A DNA stretch of 15,393 nt from a virus (taxonomy: Duplodnaviria > Heunggongvirae > Uroviricota > Caudoviricetes): the IMG/VR virus record IMGVR_UViG_2675903609_000002, positions 1 through 15,393 of that record. The stretch is one strand, 5' to 3'. Below the pieces are notes generated by a model. That model saw only the letters and a program-made list of their open reading frames with translations, searched no databases and was not told the DNA's origin. This document shows, piece after piece, positions 1 to 8,374 of this stretch; the stretch's first letter is position 1, and each line of letters opens with the position of its first letter. A program made the position numbers and the translations under genes.

Positions 1-93
1 CCGCATAGTGCGCTGGGTTATCGCTCGCCACGGGAATATCTGCGGCAGCGGGCTTGTAATAGGTTAAGTGATAACAGATGTCTGGAAATATAG
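1..93 (+). CDS. insD: IS2 transposase OrfB (InsD), C-terminal 30 codons only; 5' part outside window
   Basis: Frame 1 translates to [30 protein letters not shown], stop TAG at 91-93, which is the InsD C-terminus from memory. Confidence 0.8.
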   Translation, partial: PHSALGYRSPREYLRQRACNRLSDNRCLEI

Positions 94-104
94 GGGCAAA
101 TCCA
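1..104 (+). mobile_element. IS2, right-end fragment (element continues beyond the window start); terminus at 104
   Basis: Bases 1-104 match the 3' end of IS2 as I remember it, ending in the terminal repeat ...GTGATAACAGATGTCTGGAAATATAGGGGCAAATCCA. The sequence after 104 is unrelated usher coding sequence. Confidence 0.85.
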
Positions 105-1829
105 CCAGCGTTCTAACGGAATACTGAGATTCAAAGAGAGTGCACGGTCATTATTTTCATCAGTGTAGCGGCTGTATTGATAATTCAGGCTGTAACCAAT
201 TCCCCATTGCTGGCCGGAAACCCCAACAGAGATATTACTGTTTTTCTCGTTATTGCCCCAATAGTCTTGCTGTGAACCGGAGGCATACAGACTTACCCCA
301 TCAAATATTGTCTGGCTGATGTTGAATTGAATTTCACTTTTTTGGCGACTGTTATAGCCCCAATTGCGGGTATTGGCTTCATCAAAACTAAAATAGCCAT
401 CGTTGGTATAGCGATAGTAGCTAACAGCGATATTGGTGTTGGTTTCCGGGATATCTTTGATGTACTGAGTACGCCATTGATAGCCATGAAAAGAGTGCTG
501 GTTATCGAATTGGGTGTCAGCTCTGTTGATATCCATCGACAACGCGCCCAGTGCGCCAAGTGTGCCGCCGATACCGATCCCCAGCGCATAATAATCTTCA
601 GAACCGAGCAGGCCGCCATACAGCGTAAAAGTATTATTCAAACCATATATTGCCGTGGCTTCAGCAAATTCGGGTTCCTTGCTATCACTGTTTGCATCAG
701 CGCGATAGCGTCCAGCGGTCGCGCTATATTTTAGATGCCCAGGTCGCTGCATCATGGGTAATGAAGAATAAGGCTGGATAAAGCGACGTTGTGTACCGTC
801 ACTTTCTTCAATCGTGACTTCTAAATCGCCGCTGTTGGAAGAGGGGTAGAGATCGTTAATTTCAAAGGCACCCGCTGGCACGTTGCTTTGATAGATCACA
901 TAACCATTTTGCCTGATAGTCACGATTGCACTACTGTTTGCGATACCGCGTACCGTTGGGGCAAATCCGCGCTGGCTGTTTGGCAACATATTATCGTCGG
1001 AAGCGAGTTGCACGCCAGTAAAGGCGTAGCTGGAAAAAATACTGCCGCTGGTGGCGCTTTCTCCCAGAAGCAACTGAGACTTCAACGCCTTGATATCACG
1101 TTGTAAATAACTACTGATAGTGTTCCAGCTTGACGCCTGATCGTTGCGTGTCCACGTAGAATAGTTACGTAATCGCCAGGGGCCAAAATTAGCACCATTT
1201 TGCATATTCAGGTACTGTCGTTGGCTACGATTGCCCTGGCGGTAACGGTTATCAGAACCTGTAAACGAGTAGTTGGTAAACAGCGTTGGTATACCATCGT
1301 CCCAACGAGAAGGGGAGACGTAACCTCTTGCATCACGGTACAGTGCAATTTGGGGAATGCTCAAATTAAGTCGCTGATGATTGAAATCAAATTCAGCAGC
1401 TGTACCGGGAATGATTTGTTCAAGCGAGTTGATCACGCTATCGTCATCTTTTTCAGCCAGCGCCGGGATTTCATCCACCTTAATACCCAGCTCACGTAGT
1501 TGTTCTACCGTAAACTGTGGCTGCAGAAGTTGCTCTGCATTGGCGGTAAATGTAATTTTTTTCTGTGAAACCTTCTTTTTATTCAGCCAGATATCAACCT
1601 GATAAGTTCCTGGTAGTTGTGCGTATTTTTTTGAAAAACGTGACAGATCGGTTGTTTGCATACCACTTTTTGTAGTTTCCAGCATAATGGGGTCGAAATA
1701 ATACTCTTCGGCGTTAGCGGTAGTGCAAAGCATGCCGCTGCCAGTGAGCACCATCGGCAAACAACGTTTGATAATGAGCGCCAACTGTTTCGGTGTGCGT
1801 TTATGTCCCTGGTGGTGTCGTTGTGGCAT
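105..1829 (-). pseudogene. Fimbrial outer-membrane usher (PapC/FimD family), interrupted by IS2; N-terminal ~575 codons present
   Basis: Minus-strand ORF with signal peptide and usher N-terminal motif (MPQRHH...MVLTGSGMLCTTANAEEYYFDPIMLE...). The frame runs without a stop into the IS2 end at 104, so track ORF 18..1898 is a read-through artefact. Start taken at ATG 1829, 28 nt after the chaperone stop. Confidence 0.8.
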
Positions 1830-1857
1830 TCCCTGATGGCCTGTGTTTTTATATTTT

Positions 1858-2493
1858 TTATTGCAGTGGACGAGTTTCTGTCCCGGAACTGCCGCCATAA
1901 TCGTTGATCGCAGCCCATTTCACGTTCTTTCCGCCAGATGCTGGAAGTGGTAACTGTTTATGTTCTCCGGGCGCGATATATTCAATTTTGCTTGTGAGAT
2001 CGGTTTTATCGACTGCCAGTCCGGCAAATACGACGTAATATTCAGTTGGGTTATATATATTGAGTGAATGGTCACTACGTTTAAATTCCAGTGATTTCCA
2101 CGCATCGTTTACCCGTCCCTTCAGGTGTGCGGGGCGATAAAACATTTTGACCCGCGTTTTAAATACCAGCGTCAACTCGTTAGCATTAACATCATCTGAT
2201 TTTTTCTTTGCTGGAATGGCACGAACATTAATGTAGAACAGCGACTCTTTATTTTCAGGCAGGTTATCAGCTGTTTTAATAATTCGCAGTGATGAGTCAT
2301 CGCCAGCCTCAAGACGAAATAGCGGTGGGGTTATAATAAATGGGGCACGGCTTTTACCATCTATATTATCTACCCATGATTGCAGTAAATAAGGCGTTTC
2401 TGCGCCTTTGTTTGCGACAGGTAACGCAGCCTCTTTGCGGCTGGCATCATAGATCACTCGCGTTCGCTGTAAAACGATACCCCCTGCAGACAT
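1858..2493 (-). pseudogene. Fimbrial periplasmic chaperone (PapD/FimC family), 5'-truncated with no signal peptide
   Basis: Translation has chaperone hallmarks ([14 protein letters not shown]..., ...YLLQSWVDN...[13 protein letters not shown]...). The ORF begins at the mature-protein position, with an in-frame TAG (2494-2496) directly upstream and no signal peptide in any frame. Confidence 0.7.
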
Positions 2494-2562
2494 CTACTTG
2501 AAGCGGCAGGGGATTGATTGGAATGGTGTTTTTTAGATGTGAGAAATATTTTACCCGCTATT

Positions 2563-2763
2563 TTACCCATTGGCGCGGCTTAAGAGCTTATTTTTGAATT
2601 CACAATGGTCACGATATAACCATCTTGCTCGACCGTGGATAACTTTGGCTTTAGGCAGGTCGCCGGACTTAATCCGGTCGTAGATGAAGGTTTTACCAAA
2701 GCCAGTATCAGCCATGATGAATTTCAAATCAACCAGTGAATCAGGTTGTAGTTCGTGTTGCAT
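2563..2763 (-). CDS. AlpA/excisionase-family small DNA-binding protein (Xis-like), 66 aa
   Basis: SD GGAG 9 nt upstream of ATG 2763. Sequence ...DLKFIMADTGFGKTFIYDRIKSGDLPKAKVIHGRARW... resembles phage AlpA/Xis HTH proteins. It is the last gene of the leftward operon, where lambdoid xis sits. Confidence 0.55.
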   Translation of the reverse strand: MQHELQPDSLVDLKFIMADTGFGKTFIYDRIKSGDLPKAKVIHGRARWLYRDHCEFKNKLLSRANG

Positions 2764-2804
2764 GAGTGCTATCTCCGAATAGGGAATCGAACCTGCAAAT
2801 CAGG

Positions 2805-2830
2805 CAATAAAAAACCGCCATCAGGCGGCT
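2805..2830 (-). terminator. Intrinsic terminator candidate after the zinc-ribbon gene
   Basis: Minus-strand RNA AGCCGCC-UGAU-GGCGGUU followed by a U-rich tail (UUUUUUAUU). Confidence 0.45.
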
Positions 2831-2894
2831 TGGTGTTCTTTCAGTTCTTCAATTCGAATATTGGTTACATTGTTTTCATATATGAATAAATAAA

Positions 2895-3074
2895 TTAGCT
2901 TTTTTCGTTGCCTTCGCGTTCTTTATTAATTTTGACAAAATCGTTTTTACCACGCTCTCCAAATGCGTCTTTAGAGTCGTTGTATCCGCAATCGCAGCAC
3001 ACATAATCATCAGACCATCCACGCATTGTTTTTTCTTTTGCAATATTTCCAGAACCGCATTTTGGACAAGACAT
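2895..3074 (-). CDS. Small zinc-ribbon protein, 59 aa (CPKC...CCDC)
   Basis: SD GGAGG 7 nt upstream of ATG 3074. Translation MSCPKCGSGNIAKEKTMRGWSDDYVCCDCGYNDSKDAFGERGKNDFVKINKEREGNEKS has two Cys pairs. Confidence 0.55.
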   Translation of the reverse strand: MSCPKCGSGNIAKEKTMRGWSDDYVCCDCGYNDSKDAFGERGKNDFVKINKEREGNEKS

Positions 3075-3170
3075 ATCACTACCTCCAAAGCATGAGTGAG
3101 ATGACAACGTAACATTGATTGGAGATTAACAATAGATTGCTGATGTAAAAGATATGTATAAGCTTCGCTT

Positions 3171-4055
3171 TCAAAGTGGAGGCTCTGGTAGTGGCATCCA
3201 GTGGGTTACATTGCTAATCAGACCATATTCATTAGTTTGAGGATGGTTGCCGTTATCGTCTCCGTATTTAAGACTCTCCATAAAACCATAATGCTTATTC
3301 CCATTAACGCTCACAAAGCCGTAATAAGCTGGTATAACGCCGATCTCACACGTAATCAGCAAAGGAAAACTAGTTCTCCAATTTAGCTCGCCGATTACAG
3401 GCATTCTCTCACTACAGCTTATCCAACTATCCTGAGTTACCGGAGAGTTGCGCATTGCGACCTTTAATGCCTCATAGAAGCAACCTTTCAGATTGTTGAA
3501 CTGACGCCCATTTAGCAGGCCGTGTTCAGTCAGCATGTTGTGTAATTTCCATGCCGCGTCGTTTACTTCGCTGGATGACAGGGGAGGCAACTTGTAAGTT
3601 TGGCTTACAGTTTCGGCACCATGAAGCATGGCGTCGCTCCGCTCTATGCCATCCAGCGCGATTCGCAGTGCCTGAATTGTGGTAGAGCTATCGTTTGGGG
3701 CTATTCCATATCGCTCGAATACAGCTAAATGGTTGCGCATAATCTCAGGCGTAAGCTCTTTGTAAGCATAAGCAAGAGGCTCTGATGCATTATCCGGCAC
3801 AACCGACGCAGGCGCGGCAGCATAAACAGGAATAACGTCCGCTTGCTCTTTATTGCTTTCATCCGTTAAAGCCCAGAATAATTTCCCGGCAGGATGTTTG
3901 AAAATATAAGCAACTGGTTCTGCTTCCAGCGATGCCAGAGCAATTCGTGCCAGTTCTTCCGCTTCTTCTGCTGGCAGTTCAACGTTGCTACCAGGTCCGT
4001 ATGTTTCGCGCCACTGCTTGATTGTCAGTAGTCGCTCTTTGGTCATAGTGGTCAT
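3171..4055 (-). CDS. Phage early protein, 294 aa, C-terminal region resembling DUF551 (...THWMPLPEPPL)
   Basis: SD AAGGAG 7 nt upstream of ATG 4055, 1 nt after the upstream stop. Long ORF in the operon orientation. The DUF551 assignment is from motif memory only. Confidence 0.6.
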   Translation of the reverse strand: MTTMTKERLLTIKQWRETYGPGSNVELPAEEAEELARIALASLEAEPVAYIFKHPAGKLFWALTDESNKEQADVIPVYAAAPASVVPDNASEPLAYAYKELTPEIMRNHLAVFERYGIAPNDSSTTIQALRIALDGIERSDAMLHGAETVSQTYKLPPLSSSEVNDAAWKLHNMLTEHGLLNGRQFNNLKGCFYEALKVAMRNSPVTQDSWISCSERMPVIGELNWRTSFPLLITCEIGVIPAYYGFVSVNGNKHYGFMESLKYGDDNGNHPQTNEYGLISNVTHWMPLPEPPL

Positions 4056-4056
4056 A

Positions 4057-4785
4057 TCACTCTCCTTTGATGCGAAAGCCAGCTGCGCTTGCTGATTCTT
4101 CATATGCGCGTTTAGCAGCGTTAAGGATTGCTGCCAGTGGCGTATAGCCGCCATCCATTCGGATTGTGTTGTGGATGCCAGCCATTGTGTTGCGCAATTT
4201 TCTGTGGCTAGCAGACAGTTCTGCTATGCGCTTCTCTGCGGCTTCCAGCTTCTCGCGCATATCGTCAACGTACTCGACCAGAGAACCGCCAGCAGGAATT
4301 TCGCACTCCTCGACCAGTTGGAAGTAGATATCAGCTGCGGCCCGTGTGTTGCTATGCCTAGCGTCGCCCATCTCACCTTCACGAAGAGCATCGCGTTCGG
4401 CGGTAAGATTGGCTATTTTGCTGTCTTTGCCTTCCAGCTCAACGCGCAGCTTCCCTACCGTTAGCGCAATTTCCTCGTTCTCCTGATCGCGGCGTTTTAT
4501 GTATTGCTGGTTTCTTTCCAGCTCATCCAGCAGTGCCAGCACGGTAGCTGGACTGGCTGCGGCGATGAATTCAGCATTGGCCTGCTGTTCCATTTGGAAA
4601 TCTTCATCGAAACCGCTTTCAGGATGCGCTCCTTCAATTCTGCAAATGGGAATATATCCAGCAGCCTCGCGATGAATTAGGGCATCATCACCATCAAATC
4701 GGCTCTCTCCATATTCGAGCGACCACTCACCACACGTTGCTTTCTCTGCCTTGGCACGCAGTGCCTGATAGTCAATCTTGCTCAC
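4057..4785 (-). CDS. Ea22/Ead-like phage protein with central coiled coil, 242 aa, GTG start
   Basis: Strong SD AAAGGAGG 7 nt upstream of GTG 4785. The upstream part of track ORF 4057..4977 overlaps the Lar-like gene in another frame and is discounted. Confidence 0.55.
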   Translation of the reverse strand: MSKIDYQALRAKAEKATCGEWSLEYGESRFDGDDALIHREAAGYIPICRIEGAHPESGFDEDFQMEQQANAEFIAAASPATVLALLDELERNQQYIKRRDQENEEIALTVGKLRVELEGKDSKIANLTAERDALREGEMGDARHSNTRAAADIYFQLVEECEIPAGGSLVEYVDDMREKLEAAEKRIAELSASHRKLRNTMAGIHNTIRMDGGYTPLAAILNAAKRAYEESASAAGFRIKGE

Positions 4786-5005
4786 TGTTTGCCTCCTTTG
4801 CTCGCTGATTCCACTCTGCTCTAACCTCTGAATAAAAAATCGCGCAGTCATTTCCAGGCGCTGCATATTTGCTACCAGATTGAGCGCGACACGTACCGCA
4901 TCGAACGAAATAGAATCGACCGCCAGAGCCATATTCAGGGTGATCTGCTTCGCTGGCAACGTGCGCTGCACCGCCACAGAATGGACATGGTAGTAGGTTG
5001 CTCAT
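4772..5005 (-). CDS. Lar-family restriction-alleviation-type zinc-finger protein, 77 aa
   Basis: [16 protein letters not shown]...FVRCGTCRA... has the CPFCGG / CxxC pattern of Lar-family proteins. SD AAGGGAG upstream; its ATG overlaps the upstream stop as ATGA. Confidence 0.6.
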   Translation of the reverse strand: MSNLLPCPFCGGAAHVASEADHPEYGSGGRFYFVRCGTCRAQSGSKYAAPGNDCAIFYSEVRAEWNQRAKEANSEQD

Positions 5006-5562
5006 GAATGCACTCCCTTGTGAAGCTGTTCCGCACAATGCAGCAGGGCGTCAGTCGCCTCTTTCACCGTAACGCAGTCGCCATCGTCCAGCCCGGACAC
5101 CGACGCGTGCTTAACGAACGCCGCGCAAAGGTCATCAAACGCCTTAGCCCGGACTTCAGTCAGGAAAGCATCGGTGGCTGGGGTGTCTGATTGCATAGAC
5201 TTTGCGCGATAGTCATTCCACCCTCTTGCATACATGGGATTAACTTGCACTCCATCTTTTACGCAATATGCCTGCCCTCCACGGTTGATAACCTTGATTT
5301 CGTCCATAGCGCCAGACTTCAGCCCCGCATTCTCCGCTGCCAGTGCCGAAAACTTCTCGTGTGCCAACTTAACAGCCGAATCAGCCTGCTTAATTGACTC
5401 AATCGCTTTCTGTTGGTCTTCGGCCAGCGCCAAAATCTTGGCCTCCGCTTCAGCAAATTTACGCACCAGATATTCAGCGTTTGTTTCGTTAACATTTAAA
5501 TCTCGTGGGATGCATTTACCTTTCAGAAAACCATCCATCTCAATTAGTGACATTTGTTTCAT
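5002..5562 (-). CDS. Hypothetical phage protein, 186 aa
   Basis: ATG 5562 overlaps the stop of the upstream small ORF (ATGA). SD-like GGAG upstream. Helical N-terminal half, no motif I recognise. Confidence 0.55.
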   Translation of the reverse strand: MKQMSLIEMDGFLKGKCIPRDLNVNETNAEYLVRKFAEAEAKILALAEDQQKAIESIKQADSAVKLAHEKFSALAAENAGLKSGAMDEIKVINRGGQAYCVKDGVQVNPMYARGWNDYRAKSMQSDTPATDAFLTEVRAKAFDDLCAAFVKHASVSGLDDGDCVTVKEATDALLHCAEQLHKGVHS

Positions 5563-5723
5563 TTCTTCCCACTCCGCCACATCGCATTCAGATATTTGTT
5601 TTGATTCACTGATGGAAACGAGTTTCGCTTAAGCAATTCCTCTCTCGATGGCATTGGCTTTACGCGTTGGCGAATAATCATTTCTGCCGGAAGAATGCCG
5701 GGATTGTATGCAAGTCCTCTCAT
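5559..5723 (-). CDS. Hypothetical small protein, 54 aa
   Basis: SD GAGGA 7 nt upstream of ATG 5723. Stop overlaps the downstream start (ATGA). Longer in-frame starts at 5756 and 5741 lack an SD. Confidence 0.4.
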   Translation of the reverse strand: MRGLAYNPGILPAEMIIRQRVKPMPSREELLKRNSFPSVNQNKYLNAMWRSGKK

Positions 5724-5733
5724 GGTAAATTCC

Positions 5734-6030
5734 TCAGTCATTACTGATAGCGCCATAGCGTGATCGATAATTACGCAGACGCGGGTCGATATATTCAGGG
5801 AAGTGGGTATATGTGGCTTTGCGGAATGGTCGGATTGATGTCTGGTAAATTCGCTCGCGTTCTTCTTTCTCTGCAAGCCATATACAGTGGCGAAATTCCT
5901 TTTCCTCTTTCGTTTCCTGCGGTAGCGACATTATCCGATCGTAGTTTTTTCTGAATTTATCCAGCACCTCCGATACGGAATTGCCGGAACAGCGGCGCGG
6001 GTCATCCGCACCATACAGAGGCGCTGGCAT
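5734..6030 (-). CDS. Hypothetical phage protein, 98 aa
   Basis: SD AGGAGA 5 nt upstream of ATG 6030, 14 nt after the exonuclease stop. Confidence 0.55.
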   Translation of the reverse strand: MPAPLYGADDPRRCSGNSVSEVLDKFRKNYDRIMSLPQETKEEKEFRHCIWLAEKEERERIYQTSIRPFRKATYTHFPEYIDPRLRNYRSRYGAISND

Positions 6031-6046
6031 GTTTTTCTCCTGTTGA

Positions 6047-6595
6047 TTATTTAGCTAACTTTTTCCAGATCGCTGAAACGTATTTGGCTTGGTGAATGGC
6101 ATCATCAAGAGCGTTGTGGCGAGTTCCTTTGAATGGCATATCTCGCTTAGGGTCGAATCCTATTGCCTTCCCAAGTTCGACGATTGTTCTTACGTCGCGG
6201 TCATTCCACCACTGCCACGGAACTGGCTGCCCTGTCAGCGAATAACTGTTGCGGAGAATAACGCAGTCAAATGATGCTCCATTCCCCCAAACCTGAACGA
6301 ATTTGTGGTTAGCGTTCTTTATGATGAATTCAGATAACCATGAAAGAGCCGTTGAAAGCTCCTGAGTGTTGCTGGTTAGCGATTTCCTGGCTTCTTCACT
6401 CTGTTCCAGCCACCATAAAATCGTTGAAGCGTCAGGACGCGCTCGATATCGCATTGATGATTCAAGCGAGATATTTACCGAGAACTCTTCTCCTGTTTCT
6501 CCGGTATTCGGGTCAAAGAATACCGCCCCAATAGAAATAACTGGCGCGTATGGCCCGTTGCCCATTGTTTCAAGGTCAACCATCAAGTGATTCAT
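6047..6595 (-). CDS. DnaQ-like (DEDD) 3'-5' exonuclease, 182 aa
   Basis: Exo motifs MVDLETMG (I), WGNGASFD (II) and HNALDDAIHQA (III). SD AAGGA upstream. Confidence 0.8.
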   Translation of the reverse strand: MNHLMVDLETMGNGPYAPVISIGAVFFDPNTGETGEEFSVNISLESSMRYRARPDASTILWWLEQSEEARKSLTSNTQELSTALSWLSEFIIKNANHKFVQVWGNGASFDCVILRNSYSLTGQPVPWQWWNDRDVRTIVELGKAIGFDPKRDMPFKGTRHNALDDAIHQAKYVSAIWKKLAK

Positions 6596-6603
6596 GTAAG
6601 TCC

Positions 6604-7119
6604 TTAAATTGCGTGAATAGCGTGACGAGGGAAGGGGAGAGTTACTGGTGCAAAGGGGATATCGTCGTCAAAATCCATAGGTGGTTCGCTGTGATTTCCC
6701 TGCTGCTGAGGTTGCTGTCTTTGTTGCTGACCATTATTTCGCTGAGGTGAAGACTGTTCATTGCCTCCTTGCTTGCCACCAAGCATTTGCATGGTTCCAC
6801 CAACGCCCACGATGACTTCGGTAGTGAACCGATCCTGTCCGCTTTGATCCTGCCATTTTCTTGTCCGCAATTTGCCTTCAAGATAAACCTCAGAGCCTTT
6901 TCGCAGATATTCGCTGGCAATTTCTGCCAGTTTCCCGCTCATTACCACGCGGTGCCACTCCGTCTGCTCCTTTTGCTCTCCAGTTTTCTTATCACGCCAT
7001 TGTTCTGACGTAGCAACGGTAAGGTTTGCAAATGCCGTTCCTGATGGTGAATATCTGATTTCTGGATCATGCCCAAGGCGACCAATAATGATCACCTTAT
7101 TTACGCCTCTGCTTGCCAT
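6604..7119 (-). CDS. ssb: Single-stranded DNA-binding protein (SSB), 171 aa, with a 15-aa extension after the DDDIPF tip
   Basis: [16 protein letters not shown]... OB fold, Gly/Gln-rich linker, then ...[11 protein letters not shown] followed by [15 protein letters not shown] before the stop. Confidence 0.9.
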   Translation of the reverse strand: MASRGVNKVIIIGRLGHDPEIRYSPSGTAFANLTVATSEQWRDKKTGEQKEQTEWHRVVMSGKLAEIASEYLRKGSEVYLEGKLRTRKWQDQSGQDRFTTEVIVGVGGTMQMLGGKQGGNEQSSPQRNNGQQQRQQPQQQGNHSEPPMDFDDDIPFAPVTLPFPRHAIHAI

Positions 7120-7827
7120 TTATGCCGCCTGTTTTAGTTCGTTAACTCTGATGTTCATTACCTGAACGCATTTAGCCTGCGCCTCCTCGTTGCCAGCCAT
7201 TAATTGCCAGTCACGCTGATAACGCTCGATGAGTTTTTTCTTGTCAGTTTCTGTTGACGCATAATCGCTGAAGTCTTTCAGGATTTGTTCGCAGTCAACC
7301 GATGGAGATTTCTGGTTGGTATTTTCTGGTGATGGTTTGTTATCTGATGCTGGGATTGCCCATCCCGGCAGCGATGGAGGGAGCCAGTAAAATCCTGTTC
7401 CATCCTTGAGTTTTGCCCTGTGCCATCCCTGCTTTTTATCGAGAGATGTTTGTGCAAAACCTTCCTCAAGGTTATACAGATACCGACCGATCCCCCACTG
7501 AACGGCAGCGCGCTTCATTGCACCGGAACGACCACCTTTGACGGCTTCTACCTGCGTGTTTTCAGCAGCATCCCATTTGGTTACCCATTCGGAATCAATC
7601 CTGATTGATATGCCGCATTCAACGCCTCCGTTGTTGGGAATATCGCGGTATTCATTGCGCCATCCTGCTTTGCCGCAAACATCGTCCAGGCGTTTCATGA
7701 TTGCCCGGTTCGTGACATAAGCCAGCACCATAGCCCACACTTTGCCATCGCGTGTTTTACCGCTTTGCTGTATTCGCCATTCGATATCTTCAGGGCTGAA
7801 TGGCTTATCGAATTTATTCAAATCCAT
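7120..7827 (-). CDS. Rad52/Rad22-family single-strand annealing protein (Sak-like), 235 aa
   Basis: ...AYVTNRAIMKRLDDVCGKAGWRNEY...GGVECGISIRI... fits the Rad52 N-domain pattern. Directly upstream of ssb (stop abuts the ssb ATG); SD GAGGTGA upstream. Confidence 0.65.
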   Translation of the reverse strand: MDLNKFDKPFSPEDIEWRIQQSGKTRDGKVWAMVLAYVTNRAIMKRLDDVCGKAGWRNEYRDIPNNGGVECGISIRIDSEWVTKWDAAENTQVEAVKGGRSGAMKRAAVQWGIGRYLYNLEEGFAQTSLDKKQGWHRAKLKDGTGFYWLPPSLPGWAIPASDNKPSPENTNQKSPSVDCEQILKDFSDYASTETDKKKLIERYQRDWQLMAGNEEAQAKCVQVMNIRVNELKQAA

Positions 7828-7926
7828 AATTCACCTCAGAATGGACATGGCCCAAGGAAATAACGCTGGTTTAATACTTCGACTCTGGACAAATTAAGGC
7901 ATACCCGCATTCCTTCGCGGTCACCA

Positions 7927-8085
7927 TTATGGCGATACCAGAGAGCTTTCTGCGTGTACATGCGTCTCTGTAACTTGCTCTCCTTCACTGTGGTTGCAAG
8001 TGACATGAATATCTCCTTCGTTACCGATTAATTCTTTCATATGACGAATGAATTCTTCGTCTGACCAGTTATCTGTAAAACTCAT
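7927..8085 (-). CDS. Hypothetical small protein, 52 aa
   Basis: ATG 8085 overlaps the Kil-like stop as ATGA. No SD of its own; an internal ATG at 8040 is an alternative start. Confidence 0.3.
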   Translation of the reverse strand: MSFTDNWSDEEFIRHMKELIGNEGDIHVTCNHSEGEQVTETHVHAESSLVSP

Positions 8086-8234
8086 TTCCTGCGACACCAC
8101 GGAAGGTTGATAGCTGATTTCATCGCTTTATTTGCTTCAAGCCACATTTTTGAATCACCAATAAATCTGGCTATTACTGCTTTGTTCTGTGCAGCACGAA
8201 GCATCTGATGATTTATGGCTATTTCATTGCGCAT
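8082..8234 (-). CDS. Kil-like small protein, 50 aa (not in ORF track, under 60 aa)
   Basis: MRNEIAINHQMLRAAQNKAVIARFIGDSKMWLEANKAMKS... resembles the ...FIGDEKM... core of lambda Kil / Rac KilR from memory. Lies immediately downstream of cIII as in lambda. Confidence 0.5.
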   Translation of the reverse strand: MRNEIAINHQMLRAAQNKAVIARFIGDSKMWLEANKAMKSAINLPWCRRK

Positions 8235-8350
8235 AATAAGACCTCAACTCTTTTCCATCCGTCACGTAATTTACGGGTGATTCGTTCAAGTAAAGATTCA
8301 TTTAGTTGGAAGGCACCCATGCGAGCGCCTCCCGCGATTGCGTAAATCAT
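8219..8350 (-). CDS. cIII: cIII-like protease inhibitor, 43 aa (not in ORF track)
   Basis: MIYAIAGGARMGAFQLNESLLERITRKLRDGWKRVEVLLCAMK. The core ESLLERITRKLRDGWKR matches lambda cIII as I recall it. SD AAGGA 7 nt upstream. Confidence 0.8.
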   Translation of the reverse strand: MIYAIAGGARMGAFQLNESLLERITRKLRDGWKRVEVLLCAMK

Positions 8351-8374
8351 GGGTGGTTCCTTATGTTGGTTTTA

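Noticed and set aside
18-1898. Track ORF of 626 aa read as an intact usher
   Set aside because: Its last ~30 codons are read-through into the IS2 terminal sequence (1-104). The real gene is an IS2-interrupted usher fragment, most likely starting at ATG 1829.
293-1907. Short ORFs antisense to or overlapping the usher (293..619, 327..734, 888..1106, 1200..1499, 1381..1602, 1583..1918, 1656..1907)
   Set aside because: Embedded in a well-supported usher coding sequence, with no SD and odd composition.
2764-2805. tRNA-like T-loop motif GGTTCGATTCC (minus strand) just upstream of the Xis-like gene, possible tRNA or att remnant
   Set aside because: Only the 11-nt T-loop consensus is present. Flanking bases do not form a T-stem or acceptor stem and there is no CCA-proximal acceptor sequence. 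Too little for a tRNA or att core call.
3201-7720. Plus-strand track ORFs inside the leftward operon (3201..3386, 4171..4464, 5008..5190, 5191..5397, 5234..5632, 5760..5954, 6089..6274, 6340..6534, 6366..6590, 6550..6750, 6769..7008, 7420..7608, 7538..7720), plus minus ORFs 6642..6920 and 7278..7469
   Set aside because: Each is antisense to or out of frame within a better-supported gene with SD and recognisable motifs; none has its own SD.
7837-7850. 14-mer CAGAATGGACATGG repeated at 4977-4990 and 7837-7850
   Set aside because: At 4977-4990 it is simply the coding sequence of the Lar-like PCPFCG motif on the other strand. A single 14-bp match in 15 kb is near chance expectation, and the flanks do not extend the match.
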